The notes beneath the pieces were generated by a model, which saw only the letters and a program-made list of their open reading frames with translations, did no database searches and was not told the DNA's origin. DNA of 64,000 nucleotides, from contig NC_057728.1 in NCBI RefSeq assembly GCF_004010195.1, forward strand, positions 43,958,569 to 44,022,568, read 5' to 3'. Below, piece after piece: positions 12,690-25,724 of this stretch. The stretch is from Chiloscyllium plagiosum (lineage: Eukaryota). Made by a program: the position numbers and the translations under genes. Every line of letters begins with the position of its first letter. Position 1 is the first letter of the stretch.

Positions 12690-13145
12690 TAACCTGGAAA
12701 GATAATGTATTTCAAATGTTTGTGCAACAAGTGAAACTTATGCTGTAGCAACATGAGTGGTCACCATCAACAGGATACTGCTGTCAAACCAAAAATATGT
12801 TTTGCCTATCATAAAATGATTAATGTGGTATATGAATCTCAGTGCTGTTGTGATGTCAGATATATTGAATGCAAGTCCCATCTGCTGTTCACAACAAGCA
12901 AAGTACCGACCACGACCAACCAGCCTGTGCTTGGAAATCCTGCAATGCAGTGTCTACCATTAGATGTGATTCTGCAATTGGATATTTTTTGCTGGAAAAT
13001 TTTGAATGTGCAACAAATTATGCTGACAACTTGAGTCAGGCTCACAGTTAAATATTCTGGAAGCTGTGTAAATTAACGCACAGGGCCATGTTCTTTGCAG
13101 ACAGAAATGATATGTACATGCACTACACCTGTTTCAACTCAACAA
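12690..13145 (+). mobile_element. Degraded PLE GIY-YIG fragment
   Basis: Peptide NVVYESQCCCDVRYIEC resembles the VVY-x-C-x-C-x-YIG GIY-YIG start; downstream DSAIGYFLLENFECA. Confidence 0.55.
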
Positions 13146-13154
13146 ATGTTAATG

Positions 13155-13725
13155 AGCAAGTTATACAAAGGTGAGCCAACAGAGGTGATCTGTTTGGATT
13201 TCCAGGATGCCTTTGATAACGTGCCACACAGGAGGCTTCTGAATAAGATAGGAGCTCCTGGTGTTAGGGGCAAGGTACTGGCATGGATGGAGGATTGGCT
13301 GACTAGCAGAAAGCAGAGAGTGGGGATAAAGGGGTCACCACAGCCAGTGACTTGTGGAGTTGCACGGGGGTCTGAGTCAGGGCCACAACTATTCATGTTA
13401 TACATTAACAATCTGGACAAAGAAACTGAGCACAACGTTGCTAAGTTTGCAGATGACATAAAGACGGGTGTAGTGAAAGGTAGTGTTGAGGAAATGGAAG
13501 ACTCTTGAACAGACTGGGCAAAGAAGTGGCAGATGGAATACAATGTGTGAAAGTGTGAGGTAGGAAGAATAGAGGCCGCCTATTTTCTATACAGGGAAAG
13601 GCAGAAATCTGAACCACATTGAAATTACAGAATACTGAGAGGCCTGGATAAAGTGGATGTGGAGAAGATTTCCACTAGTAAGAGACAAGGACGCAAGGTC
13701 ACAGCCTTAGAGTAAAGGGAGAAAG
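13155..13725 (+). mobile_element. CR1 LINE RT fragment
   Basis: CLDFQDAFDNVPHRRLL, GVARGSESGPQLF, KFADDIK. Confidence 0.85.
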
Positions 13726-16700
13726 ATTTATAAAACCACAATTAAGAAATGAAAAGCAGCTATTGCTGAGACTAATCTGTGCATCTAAATGTTCCCAATT
13801 GTGATTAACACATCCAACACCGATAAGGGATTGGACCTAGATACTATTAATTAAATGATATACTGAATACAATGCCATGTGGTACTTTTATCCACTGAGC
13901 CATTTTAATTAATACATTTAGTGGAAAATGTTCAAATGCTAAAAACTGAAAAACCATGGAATAAACCTCAGAGCATCTTTTGATTTTCTGAATAAATTAT
14001 CTGAGAATTAAGCTATGTAACTAAGTGCTGAGTGATCATTTATGTAATGATGTGATTTTAAGTTAAGTTTGCTTTAATTTTACTAAGCCTTTGCAAGGCA
14101 GCTATGTATTAGGGATTTGCAGCCAAAGTACAAGTCCAGGTGTCTTCAAGAAACTGAAGTTTATTTTTTAAAAAATGGATTGAGTATTCATAACATTGGC
14201 ACTATGTTGTATCACATTTCTGAATTTTGTAAAAGTTGGCCATGAGAATAGACTGGTTTAATTGGCAACTCAACTGCAGAGAGAGAGTCTTTGCCAAGTA
14301 ATACCTTCTACAGGTTATTTGGGAAGGGCTGTTGATTAAGAGACAGATAAAATCTAGCCAATAAAGGTAAGAAAGAAACCAACACTCCTGAAGAAACCTT
14401 GGATTGTTTTGTAAATGGGACTGTCCAAGCTCACCATCAATGCCTCTGCAATCTCGTCATCTCCTTCATAGCTCTGGGATGTAGTCCATCTATCTGGTTG
14501 ATTTATCCAAGCTGTTAAGTGCAAGATACCCAGGCAATTTGTAAACCGCAATTGTACTTATTGGGGCCACATCACAAGTGGTTTATTTTCTCTAATCTGT
14601 TCATCCTTTTTACTGACTGAAATTATTGTTGATCCTCTTTTCAGAATATTGGAGAATGAGAGGAATGTTTTATCCAAGTCATAAAACAAAAGAATAATGT
14701 TGGTTTTACTCCTCAACTCCACCCTTTCCAGCCACGGACAAGACTTTGGTGTTGATATAGATGCAGGAATGTAGGCAGGCAGTCACAGAAGTTGGCTACA
14801 TCGGTCAGTGTGGTGATCCCCCACAACTATGTCAATGCTTCACCATTTCTTGGAGGCCAGTTAAGGTACAGAATGGGTTACCTGACAATAAATAGAGAAC
14901 AGCTTGTTCATTCAATTAAGAACCTTGATCAGAGGTTAAGTGGAATTTTCTAGTTGGCTTGTGAAGTCCCCCATGGTACTGAGATCACAGCAGTTTTCTG
15001 GAGGTGGCTTTATAGTGACAGATCGGGGTTCTAACTCTTCACTTTCCTCTGGATATACCTTGTAGCCATAATACTTACCTGAATATGGATGAGTCTACTG
15101 GCTCCCTCCATGATAGTGGTCCAACAGATGAGGCAGTCGCTTTTCTGCATTTTTGAAAAAGGTTTTGAGAGGATGCCTCAAGATGGCTTTTATTGGACCT
15201 TCAGTTTTGAACGCTCACAAGCCCCCTTCAATTAAATGGTGATTCCACTCTCTACACAATAATCCGCCAGTCCTGCAAAAATTGCCATTGGGTGCATGTT
15301 CCCAAAGTGATGCAGGGTCAGGACCTGGATTGTAGCCCAAAATGGAAAATTTTGAGAAAGCAAGCTTTTGATCATGTTAGTCTGTTAAGTCGGAGATACT
15401 CAGGCAGGCTCAAAATTTGTAATTGTACTTATCGGGGCCAGATCACAAGTGGCTTATTTTCTCTAATCTGTTCATCCCTTTTATGTTTTATTGCTGCTGC
15501 ACATGTTTTTTTCAGCTATAATTTCAGCTCTAATTTTCTTCTGAAGTACATTCACAAAGATTTATTTGCTTGTTTTGGCCAGGCATACATCTGCACACTA
15601 GCTGCCAGTGATGTCATGCCGAGTGTCATGTCTTGACTGTTATTTCACAGCCCATAGTGAACGTTTGATGTAGGTTCCAGTTGACTTACAGGAGGCGCAA
15701 AATTCAGGTCAAAAACAAACGGTAAAACCTCTTATGCTTACAGTGTAAGCTAAAGGACAAGCTAACATGGAGTCCTGACAAATGCCTGAATTAGAACTTG
15801 GTCTGTTTTAGCAGAACGTAAGATTACAGTGGAGCAGTCAGTCTCCTTTAATGAAATAGTATTCTCGAGGAGAAAGTAACACTAATGTGATTATCAAGTT
15901 AAAAGTAGTTCAGAACACTCAGGCATATGACTTAATTGAAACCACCCATATAGTCCTCTTATGTTGTTGATTAATGCATAACTGACATAGAAATACAACA
16001 ATCTTAGGATTGTTAGTCAAATCTTTTTGTGTACTAAACAAGATAATTTTCATTTTATTTGCAGCCTCTGTTTTAAAGATGGAAATATCTAGTGTACAAA
16101 TGGTACAAACAAATATACTTTAAATGGCTTGAAGGTTCCTGCTGACAAACTAATGTTCTTAGTCAATTTTAACTTTGTTGTTCAAGTGCTGAAATGACAT
16201 CTGAAAATTGGGAGAAAAAATGGCCTCATAGATTGCAGGATGTTCTAAAAAACTATTTCCTCCCCAGGTGTAGCCTAGCAATAAAATGAGGCACTGAAAC
16301 TGTTGGGAAGACCAATCTTTTGGGATCAGGGCCATATTAATTTGTAAAAAATGAATATTTCATCCTTGTATTTCACAATGACTCAAAGAATTGCCCACCC
16401 AACTCCATCTGCTCCCAAGCTTCTGCTCCCCTTGCTAAGGTATCAGTGCATGACATATGCATGACCGCTCAAAGATGACTATACAACATCTCCTGAAATG
16501 GTATGTTGAAAGTCTCCAGCATGCTGTACTACTGTGTCACCTCTTGGCATTCCTTTTTTTAACTTGGTTTCCACTAAATAGTTGGAAGATACAATTGTTA
16601 TTTTGTCTCTGAGGATTAAGTATTTGTATATCTGAAAAAGAAAGGAAGGAATTGGTTTTTTGTATATAGTGTCTAATGTGATGTAGCCACAGTGCTTTAC

Positions 16701-17006
16701 AACCAATGAAATACTTTGGTAGTCACTGTTGCAATGTGGGAAACATGCAGCCAGTTTTCATACAATGATGTCCCACAAATAGAAATGTGATATATACCAA
16801 ATAATCTGATAATGTTAATTCTTTTTCTAGATAAAGCTTCTTTGGCAGTGCATCAGGTGTGGATTGTTTCATTTCACAGAGGCAGTTTGGTCATGTCAGT
16901 GAGACTGACAAGTGAACAAAAAAACCAAAAGAGGTACACCACAGGAATTCCAAGTCGGTGTTGATCATCATGCCCTAACTAAACTAAAGAGCAAACCTTC
17001 TGCCCT

Positions 17007-17312
17007 GGGTGGCATGGTGGCTCAGTGGTTAGCACTGCGGCCTCACATCACCAGGGTCCCAGGTTCGATTCTGTCTGTGTGGAGTTTGCACATTCTCCCC
17101 ATGTCTGCGTGGGTTTCCTCCAGGTGCTCCAGTTTCGTCCCACAGGTCCAAAGATGTGCAGGTCGGGTGAATTGGCCATGCTAAATTGCCCATAGTGTTA
17201 GGTGCATTAGCCAGAGGGCAATGGGACTGGGTGGGTTACTCTTCGGAGGGTCGGTGTGGACTTGTTAGGCCGAAGGGCCTGTTTTCACACTGTAGGGAAT
17301 CTAATCTAATCT
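17007..17312 (+). mobile_element. tRNA-derived V-SINE (HE1-like)
   Basis: tggctcagtgg A box, ggttcgattc B box, V-domain, aatctaatctaatct tail; homologous to 5431-5758. Confidence 0.88.
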
Positions 17313-17329
17313 TATTCGGTCTGTATTTC

Positions 17330-19060
17330 TGTACTCCCTCCATAATCATGTAACTATCCAGATATCTCTAAAATATTCCCAACATGCCTGCAATGCGTTC
17401 TAGGATCCTACCACTCTCTGTGTTAAAAGCTTTCCTCTTACATCTCCTTTAAAGTTCTCCCCTCACTTTGAACCTGTGCCTCCTTGTAATTGAAATGTCA
17501 GCCCTGGGAAAAATAACCCTGCCTATCCACCCTATCTATGCCTCTCTTAATTTTGTAGACCTCTATCAGGTCTCCTCTCAGCCGTCTTCTTTCCAATGAA
17601 AACAATCCTAGTCTTTTTAACCTTTACTCATTGCCAATGCCCTTAAGACTTGGCAACATCCTGATGAACCTTCTCTGCACTCTCTCCAAAGCTTCCAAAT
17701 CCTTCTAGTAGTGTGATGACCAAAACTGCACACAATAGTCCAGGTATGGTCTATCAAGGATTTTATATAGCTGCAACATGGTTTTCCAATTCTTATAGTC
17801 CATGCCTTGGCCGATGAAGGCACGTATGCCGTATACCTTTTTAATCACCTTGGTCACCTGTATTGCTACTTTTAAGGAACTGTGAACCTGCACGCCCAGA
17901 TCCGTCTGTATGTTAATGTTCCTAAGAGTTCTGCCATTTAGCGTATAATTCACACCTAAATTTGATCCTCTAAAATGTATCACCTCGCAGTTGTCTGGAT
18001 TAAACTTCATCTGCCATTTCTATACCGAAGTCGCCAATCTATCTGTATCCTCTGGTATCCTTTCACAATCGTTGGCACTATCAGCAACTCCACCAAATTT
18101 GGTGTCATCTGCAAACTTACTAATCAGCCACCCACATTTTCCTCCACATCAGTTATATATACTACAAATAACAAAGAACCTAAATCTGACCCCTGTGGGA
18201 CACCACTAGTTACCAGACTCCTTTCTGAAAAACACCGTTCTATGACCAAGCTAATTTTGTATCCGGCTTCTTGGATGCTGCCTGACCTGCTGTGCTTTTC
18301 CAGCACAACACTGTCTTACTTTCTCATTGTATCCGCCTAGCCAGCCCACCTTGAATCCTATCAAATGCCTTACTAAAGTCCATATAGACTATATTCACAG
18401 CCCTTGCCTCATCAATTATCATTGTCACCTCTTCAAAAAATTCAGTCAGATTGGTGAGTCATGACCTTCCCCGGACAAAACTATGCTGCCTGTCACTAAC
18501 TAATCTATTTTCTTACAAATGTGCATATATCTTGCCCCTCAGTACCTTCTCCAAGAGATTCCCCATCACAGATGTCAGGCTGAACGGCCTATAATTTCTT
18601 GCATTATCCCTGCTATCTTTCTTAAAAAAGAGAACAAAACTGGCTAATCTCCAGTCCTCTGAAACCTTGCCTGTGGTCAAAGAGAATGTGAAGATATCTG
18701 CTAATGCCCCAGCTATTTGTTCCCTTGCCTTTCACAGTAACCTGGGAATAGATCCCTTCTGGCTGCAGAGACTTATCTACCTGAATGCAATTTAGGATAC
18801 CCAAAACTTCCTCATTCAATATATTGATGTTCTCTAGAGTATTCACATACTCATCCCTGACCTCAGCATCAGTCATGTCTCTCTCCTTGATGAATACTGA
18901 TACAAAGTACCCATTAAGGATCTCTCCCATTTCCTGTGGCTCCTCCTTTGTCCTTGAGTGGGCTTACTCTTTCCTTTTCTACCCTGTTCTGTATTAAATT
19001 TGCTAAAGACATTTCATGACCCCTTTTAGCCTTCCTAATTCCGGGTTTAAGTTCTTTCCT
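17330..19060 (-). mobile_element. Degraded CR1 LINE (RT region and 3' end)
   Basis: VTSGVPQGSDLGSLLF, MKFNPDNCEVIHF, LDYCVQFWSSHY on the minus strand. A small PLE piece is inserted at about 18265-18312. Confidence 0.85.
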
Positions 19061-20737
19061 ATGTGATGTTATAAAGATACCTGATGGTATCAGATATCAC
19101 AAAAGTGACAATATGCTATGTATCTGGATAGAGCGAAAGTAAAACAAATTGTACATTTATAGCACTTCTTAACACCTCTGAGCAACATTTAAAGTAATTT
19201 TGATGCAATTAATTGTTTTGAAGTGAACTATTATCAGATAGGCATAACTGACACCTACTGTATATTACATGCAACTAAATCACTTGAACAGAAATTAAGT
19301 AAATGAGGATTTAGACTTTATTTTGATGCAAGCAGTGTAGAGTTGTAACCTTTGTTCACAGTGTACTGATCAAAAAGGCTAGTTGTAGTATTTTCCTTCA
19401 TCCTGAGTGATGGGGAGAAAAGAGCATCCTCCAATTTAGATTTATTACATGCTGAAAACTAATTGAAGTCATGAAAAGGATAATATAGAGCTGATTTAGG
19501 AGGTTTGCTTCATCTTTCCCTTGCATTATTTTCATTGCAACTGCTGTCAGATCAAAAGCCTTCTTAAAGTTTGGTACTAAACTTACGATTCACCAGTGGT
19601 GATATTACTTTAGCACTAGATTTATGCACATTATTTATGAGCATTTAGATTAAACTCTAATATTGTGACTGTAATCACAACCACATCATTTCATTTAAAG
19701 TCTCAAGATGGACCTACAAATATACATCAAAACATCACATTGCACTGACAGCATTAAGTATTACCCCAATCTTATGGATTCACTGATTGCTTTTCACACT
19801 GTATTCTGCCATAGAATTCACTATTTTCAAATTATTCCAGATACCTCCAAAGAATTCTTTGTTATAATTAAAGAGCAGAGAAAACTACTTGATTCCAGTC
19901 TTGTGGATTCAGCTGCATACATGCTTTTCCACCCTCTCATATTACTCCCCATAGCTTGAATTTGGCTTTCATTTCAACATAATCCCTGCCAGTAACTGGA
20001 TTTAATGATGTACTGAGTTTTGGACTACTACCTCACTTGCAGCTGTGTCTGATCCTTGGTTGATTCTCTTTTGCATTCATTTTTATTCTATTTATCTGGC
20101 AACAATTTAGCCATTTTCTTTCTTCCTGTAGAAGTCTTTGTGCTGTTTCATTGGGTTCCACCATCATTTATTTCCCATGAGGTACCTTGAGAATAGTCAG
20201 TAACCTGACTGTGATATCTTACCTTTTGAGGGATTTGGTTTTGTCAGAATGTTTACACCCTGTGCTGTGTATGTTATTGTTTCAGCTTACCAAGATCTGC
20301 TTTTATATTAGAAAAAAACTATTATTACAGGAAATTGACTTTCATTTTTATCAAATATTACTGGAGAAGCGTATTGTACTAAAAGGCCATGTGATCCTAA
20401 ATATAAGCAAGGAAAAATGTTACCTCAGATTAAGACTGCTGGTTTGAACTAACCTTGAAACAAATGAATGCATTCTCACTTAAGTCCATTGAACAGTTTT
20501 TTTTTCCAGATTTAGAAATAGAATTAGGTACAGGTGACAATAGAATTTATTGTCACCTGTACTCAAGTAGAGAAGAATAGGAGTACAGTGAATACTGTTT
20601 AAATCGTCACTCACCGGCACCATTTTAGGTACAAAAGTCCTAATTATTAAAAAGCCCCATCTAGATATAAAACCCAAAACAACCATCTAAGATTTTTTTT
20701 GAAAAGTTTTTTTCCAAAAGCAGAAATACAAAAAAAC

Positions 20738-21075
20738 AGAGTTTAGATCAGAGTGATGCTGAAAAAGCACAGCAGGTCAGGCAGCATCCGAGGAGCACGT
20801 TGCTACCATCCCCCACCCTCCTCTATGACCTATCACCTCCATCCCCACCCCCATTCAACCTATTGTGCTCTTTGCTACCTTCTCCCCAGCCCCACCCCAC
20901 CCACCCCCATTTATCTTTCCACCCTGGAGGCTTCCTGCCTCCATTCCTGATGAAGGGTTTTTGCCCGAAACTTCGATTTTCCTGCTCCTCGGATGCTGCC
21001 TGACCTGCTGTGCTTTTTCAGCACCACTCTGATCTAAACTCTAGTTTCCAGCATCTGCAGTCCTCACTTTTGCCT
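20738..21075. mobile_element. PLE pseudo-LTR insertion with 60-bp inverted arms and 33-nt tail
   Basis: Arms 20738-20797 / 20983-21042. Hammerhead-like ctgatga-a-gggt-tttt-gccc-gaaa-cttc at 20947-20974 with a mutated helix III. Confidence 0.85.
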
Positions 21076-22227
21076 AAAAAAAGAAGAAAGGGGGAAACGT
21101 CCAGATCTAAAAGTCTTATCTCTATGAGGTCGCCTTATCTCTGTAAGATTTCTCCCCAAACTGATGACTGGTGCTGTGCGTGCAATTTAACTGCACATCA
21201 CCCAAAGGAAGCAAATATGACTGAGCTATTGGACCGTCAAAGCATCAACACTAAGTCCAATCCTGGTTATACCTTTTACTCAGTTGTTTGCAGTTTTTAA
21301 CAGACTGCATTTATACTTTCTCTTCAGACCAACTGCAATGCCTTAATTGCTGGTCTGGCTAAGATTAGTTAACTCAGTAATAACCTTGAGATGCCTGCTA
21401 GGTAATCCCAATTTAAATGGTTCAGTACCTCCAGAAATTGTATTTTTATTTATTTTGTCATATCTGGAACCCCAGGCAGCATTATTGAAGAATGCACTAC
21501 AATATATTAGTAAGGAACATATGAAAGGTACGAGTAGATACTTCCCATTTAATACATAGAATTATAGGATGTTTCAGTTTAAGTCTGTCTTGAAACGAAT
21601 GATTTTGCAGCAATCTTTTGTTTTTCATATAACTTATTCAACTTCAGTTCAACATTTGGCATTTAAGTCAAATGAAGATCAGTGAAGATTCTGCATTTGG
21701 CCTGGTTTAACCAGCAGTCATATCAGTCCATTAATATTATGCTATTTTATTGTACTGCACAAAAAAAAGTATAATTTTGTAATATGTAGTTTAAAAAAAG
21801 AAAAACATGTTACTGCAGAATATCTCAGACCCCAGATTAGGATTTAACCTGTGCTGATAGAATAAATGTTTCATATGTCTATTGGCAATTTGCAGTTCTC
21901 TAAATACATTTATCAATACATACCATAAGTCTCCTACAAATCAGAGATTGGCAGTAAATTAGTTGATTGTGAAAGACACTACAAGGTAGAAAATTTTGAG
22001 CAATGCCCAGTTGAACTATAATGTGTGTTCTTCTAAAGTTGACTTAAGGTATACTCCTGTGACACAGCAGTACTTGAAACTGACATTGGAAGAAGACCTT
22101 AGGAAATATTTTATTCCCTGCCATTGACAGTTTTCATGCTAAGGAACTTTGAAGTAAAATTTAAAAATATGTAGGGTCCTGTAGAAGATTATTCTAATGT
22201 CGTTTACAATGTTAGTTAGAAACAATC

Positions 22228-23121
22228 AGCTGGAAAAACGCAGCAGGTCAGGCAGCATCCAAGGAGCAGGAGAATCGACGTTTCGGGCATGAGCCCTTCT
22301 TCAAGAATGAGGAGAGTGTGCCAAGCAGGCTAAGATAAAAGGTAGGGAGGAGGGACTTGGGGGAGGGGCGTTGGAAATGCGATAGGTGGAAGGAGGTTAA
22401 GGTGAGGGTGATGGGCCGGAATGGGGGTGGGAGCGGAGAGGTCAGGAAAGAAGATTTCAGGTTAGGAAGGCGGTGCTGAGTTCGAGGGTTGGGACTGAGA
22501 CAAAGTGGAGGGAGGGGAAATGAGGAAACTGGAGAAATCTGAGTTCATCCCTTGTGGTTGGANNNNNNNNNNNNNNNNNNNNNNNNNNNNNNNNNNNNNN
22601 NNNNNNNNNNNNNNNNNNNNNNNNNNNNNNNNNNNNNNNNNNNNNNNNTGTGGGCGCAAGTTTTGCATTTCTTGCGGTTGCAGGGGAAGGTGCCGGGAGT
22701 GGAGGTTGGGTTGGTTGGGGGTGTGGACCTGACAAGGGAGTCACAGAGGGAGTGGTCTTTTCGGAATGCTGATAGGGGAGGGGAGGGAAATATATCCCTG
22801 GTGGTGGGGCCCGTTTGGAGGTGGCGGAAATGACGACGGATGATATGATGTATATGGAGGACCAGTGGGGTTCTGTCCTGGTGGCGATTGGAGGGGCGGG
22901 GCTCAAGTGTAGAGGAGCGGGAAGTAGAGGAGATGCGGTGGAGAGCATCGTCGATCATGTTTGGGGGGAAATTGCGGTCTTTGAAGAAGGAGGCCATCTG
23001 GGTTGCTCGGTATTGGAACTGGTCCTTCTTTGAAGAAGAAGGCCATCCGGGTTGTCTTTGAAGAAGGAGGCCATCCACGTTGTCTTTAAAGAAGGATGCC
23101 ATTTGGGTTGTTCTTTGAAGA
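22228..23121 (-). mobile_element. 5'-truncated PLE (3' ORF part plus pseudo-LTR), contains an N gap
   Basis: Minus peptide MASFFKDRNFPP...DRTPLVL...TFPCNRKKCKTC is homologous to 32800-33160. Terminus has a hammerhead-like ttgaaga-a-gggc-tcat-gccc-gaaa-cgtc. Confidence 0.88.
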
Positions 23122-23125
23122 TAAG

Positions 23126-23229
23126 GCAGGAACAGGATACTGATTAAGGATGATCAGCCATGATCATATTGAATGGTGATGCAGGCTTGAAGGGCAGAAT
23201 GGCCTACTCCTGCATCTATTGTCTATTGT
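23126..23229 (+). mobile_element. Short CR1 3' tail
   Basis: gatgatcagccatgatcatattgaatggtg...aagggcagaatggcctactcctgc, a typical CR1 3' UTR; related to 41760-41850. Confidence 0.7.
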
Positions 23230-23278
23230 AAACATCAAAAGGAAAAATAATGAGTTTTTCATTCTTCTTTCTCTGCAG

Positions 23279-23373
23279 AATGCTGTCATGGGCCATGGGG
23301 ATTTCCTATGAGCCAGTATTTGAGAAGCAATATCTGGCGTTGTGGACGGAATGCTAGAATGTCTGCATGTCTG
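23279..23373 (+). CDS. METTL25: METTL25 coding exon, phase 1/0
   Basis: ttctttctctgcag|AA...CTG|gtactt. Translates (E)CCHGPWGFPMSQYLRSNIWRCGRNARMSACL; WGFPM and CGRNARMSACL are conserved motifs. Phase fits the previous exon. Confidence 0.95.
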
Positions 23374-23494
23374 GTACTTTTTCACATCAATCTTGAAATT
23401 TACTGCACGTGATGCATCAATTTAAGTAAATTATAGGTTTGCAGAGTCATCCCAATAAAGAGCTTAAAAATGTTGTTTTCATTTTACTTTGTAG

Positions 23495-23524
23495 CCATTG
23501 GAAAGAGTGACATTTGGCCAGGGG
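23495..23524 (+). CDS. METTL25: METTL25 30-nt micro-exon, phase 0/0
   Basis: ttttactttgtag|CCA TTG GAA AGA GTG ACA TTT GGC CAG GGG|gtaagt = PLERVTFGQG (human recalled as ALERVAAGQG). Follows a 121-nt intron. Confidence 0.9.
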
Positions 23525-24471
23525 GTAAGTTTTATTCAATCATATTTCAACTTTGACAACAAATGAATTGGTCATTTTATTTTAAACTTCACTGTAATTA
23601 TGTTTGCTTGAGCATTAATTGCTTTTTCTAATCAAATGATGTATGGAAATTTAAATACTGATAGCAGTATAGAATGTCCCCGATATGAGAATCTCCCAGC
23701 TTTGGAACAAAGTTATGGACTGACTTGAATAGTCAGAAAAAATTTCCAATGAAGCCAATGATTGCAAAGTTTCTTTCCTTCTGCCTATTAACCAGTGATT
23801 TAAATCCTTGTCATGTGATAAGTGTACTGTGCTCCAAACCAAGCATTTTGTTGGAAGAAAACCATTGGAATGGACTAATAGATGTAAGATGTGGGTTCCC
23901 AATTTATCATCATATCTGAGGGCTAATATTACACAATATGCTATTGAACAATGAGACATGGAAGTCCCAGATTAGATCCATGCTTAGCTACCTGAACCCA
24001 GTTAAACTCTGGGGCATTAACAGGAAAGAGGAAGTGTAGTTTACTAATGTTCTTGCTCCTGATCATTATTCGTATCTACTGCCAATTACTGACCACTTAA
24101 GGGCCTCATGTCGCAACTGCTGGTATTGATCCACCTGCACATAGGCCTGTTGCAGTTGGGAAACTTCTACTTTTAGAGTCTTAATTCCATGGGGAGGCCC
24201 TCCACTGGCTTCGCCACTACCTGTTTGGCTTGTAGTTTGATGGCCTTCCTGAAAAGATGCAGCATGGGACTCTTACCGATTCTGCTGTCAGATAAGATCA
24301 CCAATGCCTCAACAAAATTCCTCCCCACTGCCTCAAATTAAAGATATTAATTTTTTAATATCATCTTATCTTCCTTCATGACCTCAGCACTCCCAATTTT
24401 TGTAATCTGCTCCAGCCCTACAAGTTTCCAAAAACTCTGTTTACCTCTGATTCTGACCTTCTATTTAATGT

Positions 24472-25022
24472 TGTGGTTCTGTTCGCTGAGCTGGAAATAT
24501 TTGTTGCAAACATTTCGTTCCCTGTCTAGGTGACATCCTCAGTGCATGGGAGCCTCCTGTGAAGTGCTTCTGTGGTGTTTCCTCCGGCATTATAGTGGCC
24601 TGTCCCTGCCGCTTCCGGTTGTCAGTTTCAGCTGTCCGCTGTAGTGGCTGGTATATTGGGTCCAGGTCGATGTGTTTGTTGATGGAGTTTGTGGATGAGT
24701 GCCATGCTTCTAGGAATTCCCTGGCTGTTCTTTGTTTCGCTTGCCCTATAATGGTAGTGTTGTCCCAGTCGAATTCATGTTGCTTGTCGTCTGCGTGTGT
24801 GGCTACTAGGGATAGCTGGTTGTGGCGTTTCGTGTCTAGTTATAGGGACAGGCCACTATAAATGCCGGAGGAAACACCACAGAAGCGCTTCACAGGAGGC
24901 TCCCAATAACTGAGGATGTCACCTAGACAGGGGACGAAACGTTTGCAACAAAAATTTCCAGCTCAGCGAACAGAACCACAACAACGAGCACCTGAGCTAC
25001 AAATCTTCACCCAAACTTTGAA
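24472..25022. mobile_element. Second-family PLE fragment: GIY-YIG C-terminus between inverted pseudo-LTRs
   Basis: Arms about 24470-24607 / 24844-24982. Minus peptide TKRHNQLSLVATHADDKQHEFDWDNTTIIGQAKQRTAREFLEAWHS...IDLDPIYQPL. Duplication cttctatttaatgt at 24458-24471 and 25023-25036. Confidence 0.88.
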
Positions 25023-25724
25023 CTTCTATTTAATGTCCAGTCACTTTGCCCTACCATTTGGAGCACAATTGAGTCCTCTAGAACTGATGCCATGAAATTT
25101 CCTCCCAGAATATCTCTGTCTGACACTGTGATTTTTCTCAGACTAGCTATTTGACCAAGCGTATCTAATCAATGCACGATTGTGTTTGTTTGGAACACCA
25201 TGGGCTGAATCTTACATGGAACTGTCTGTGTCATTTTTGGCATGTTTCAATGGTTGTTTCTCTCCACTAGGCAAAGGTTTTCTCATACAATCTTCTGAAA
25301 CTCACTTCATTAACTTGCTTCAACCATTCTCTCACTTGTTGTTTGTGATGGTCATTGCATGACACTTGCATTGTACCAATGCTACTTGCCACTTATCTGC
25401 TGAAGCCTGGATTTTGTCCAGGTCTTTCTGCATATGGACTCAGGCTGTATCAGTATCTGAGGAATTGTGAATGGTGCTAATCATTGTGCAGTTGTCAGCA
25501 ACATTCCCACTTTTGTTATAATTCTGGAGGAAGTCTGAAAATGGTTGAGTCTAAGACATGACCCTGAAGAACTCTCGAAGTGATGTTCTGAAGCTAAGAT
25601 GATTGAACAACAATGACAACCATCTTCCTTTATATTGGGTAAGAGTCCAATCAATGGAGAGTTTTCTCTCCATTTCCATTCACTTCAATTTGCTTAGGCC
25701 TGTTCATGTTATTATTCATTGATT

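Noticed and set aside
14229..14312. Tiny TGTA...TACA bounded element
   Set aside because: The terminal match is short and imperfect with no flanking duplication; compatible with chance.
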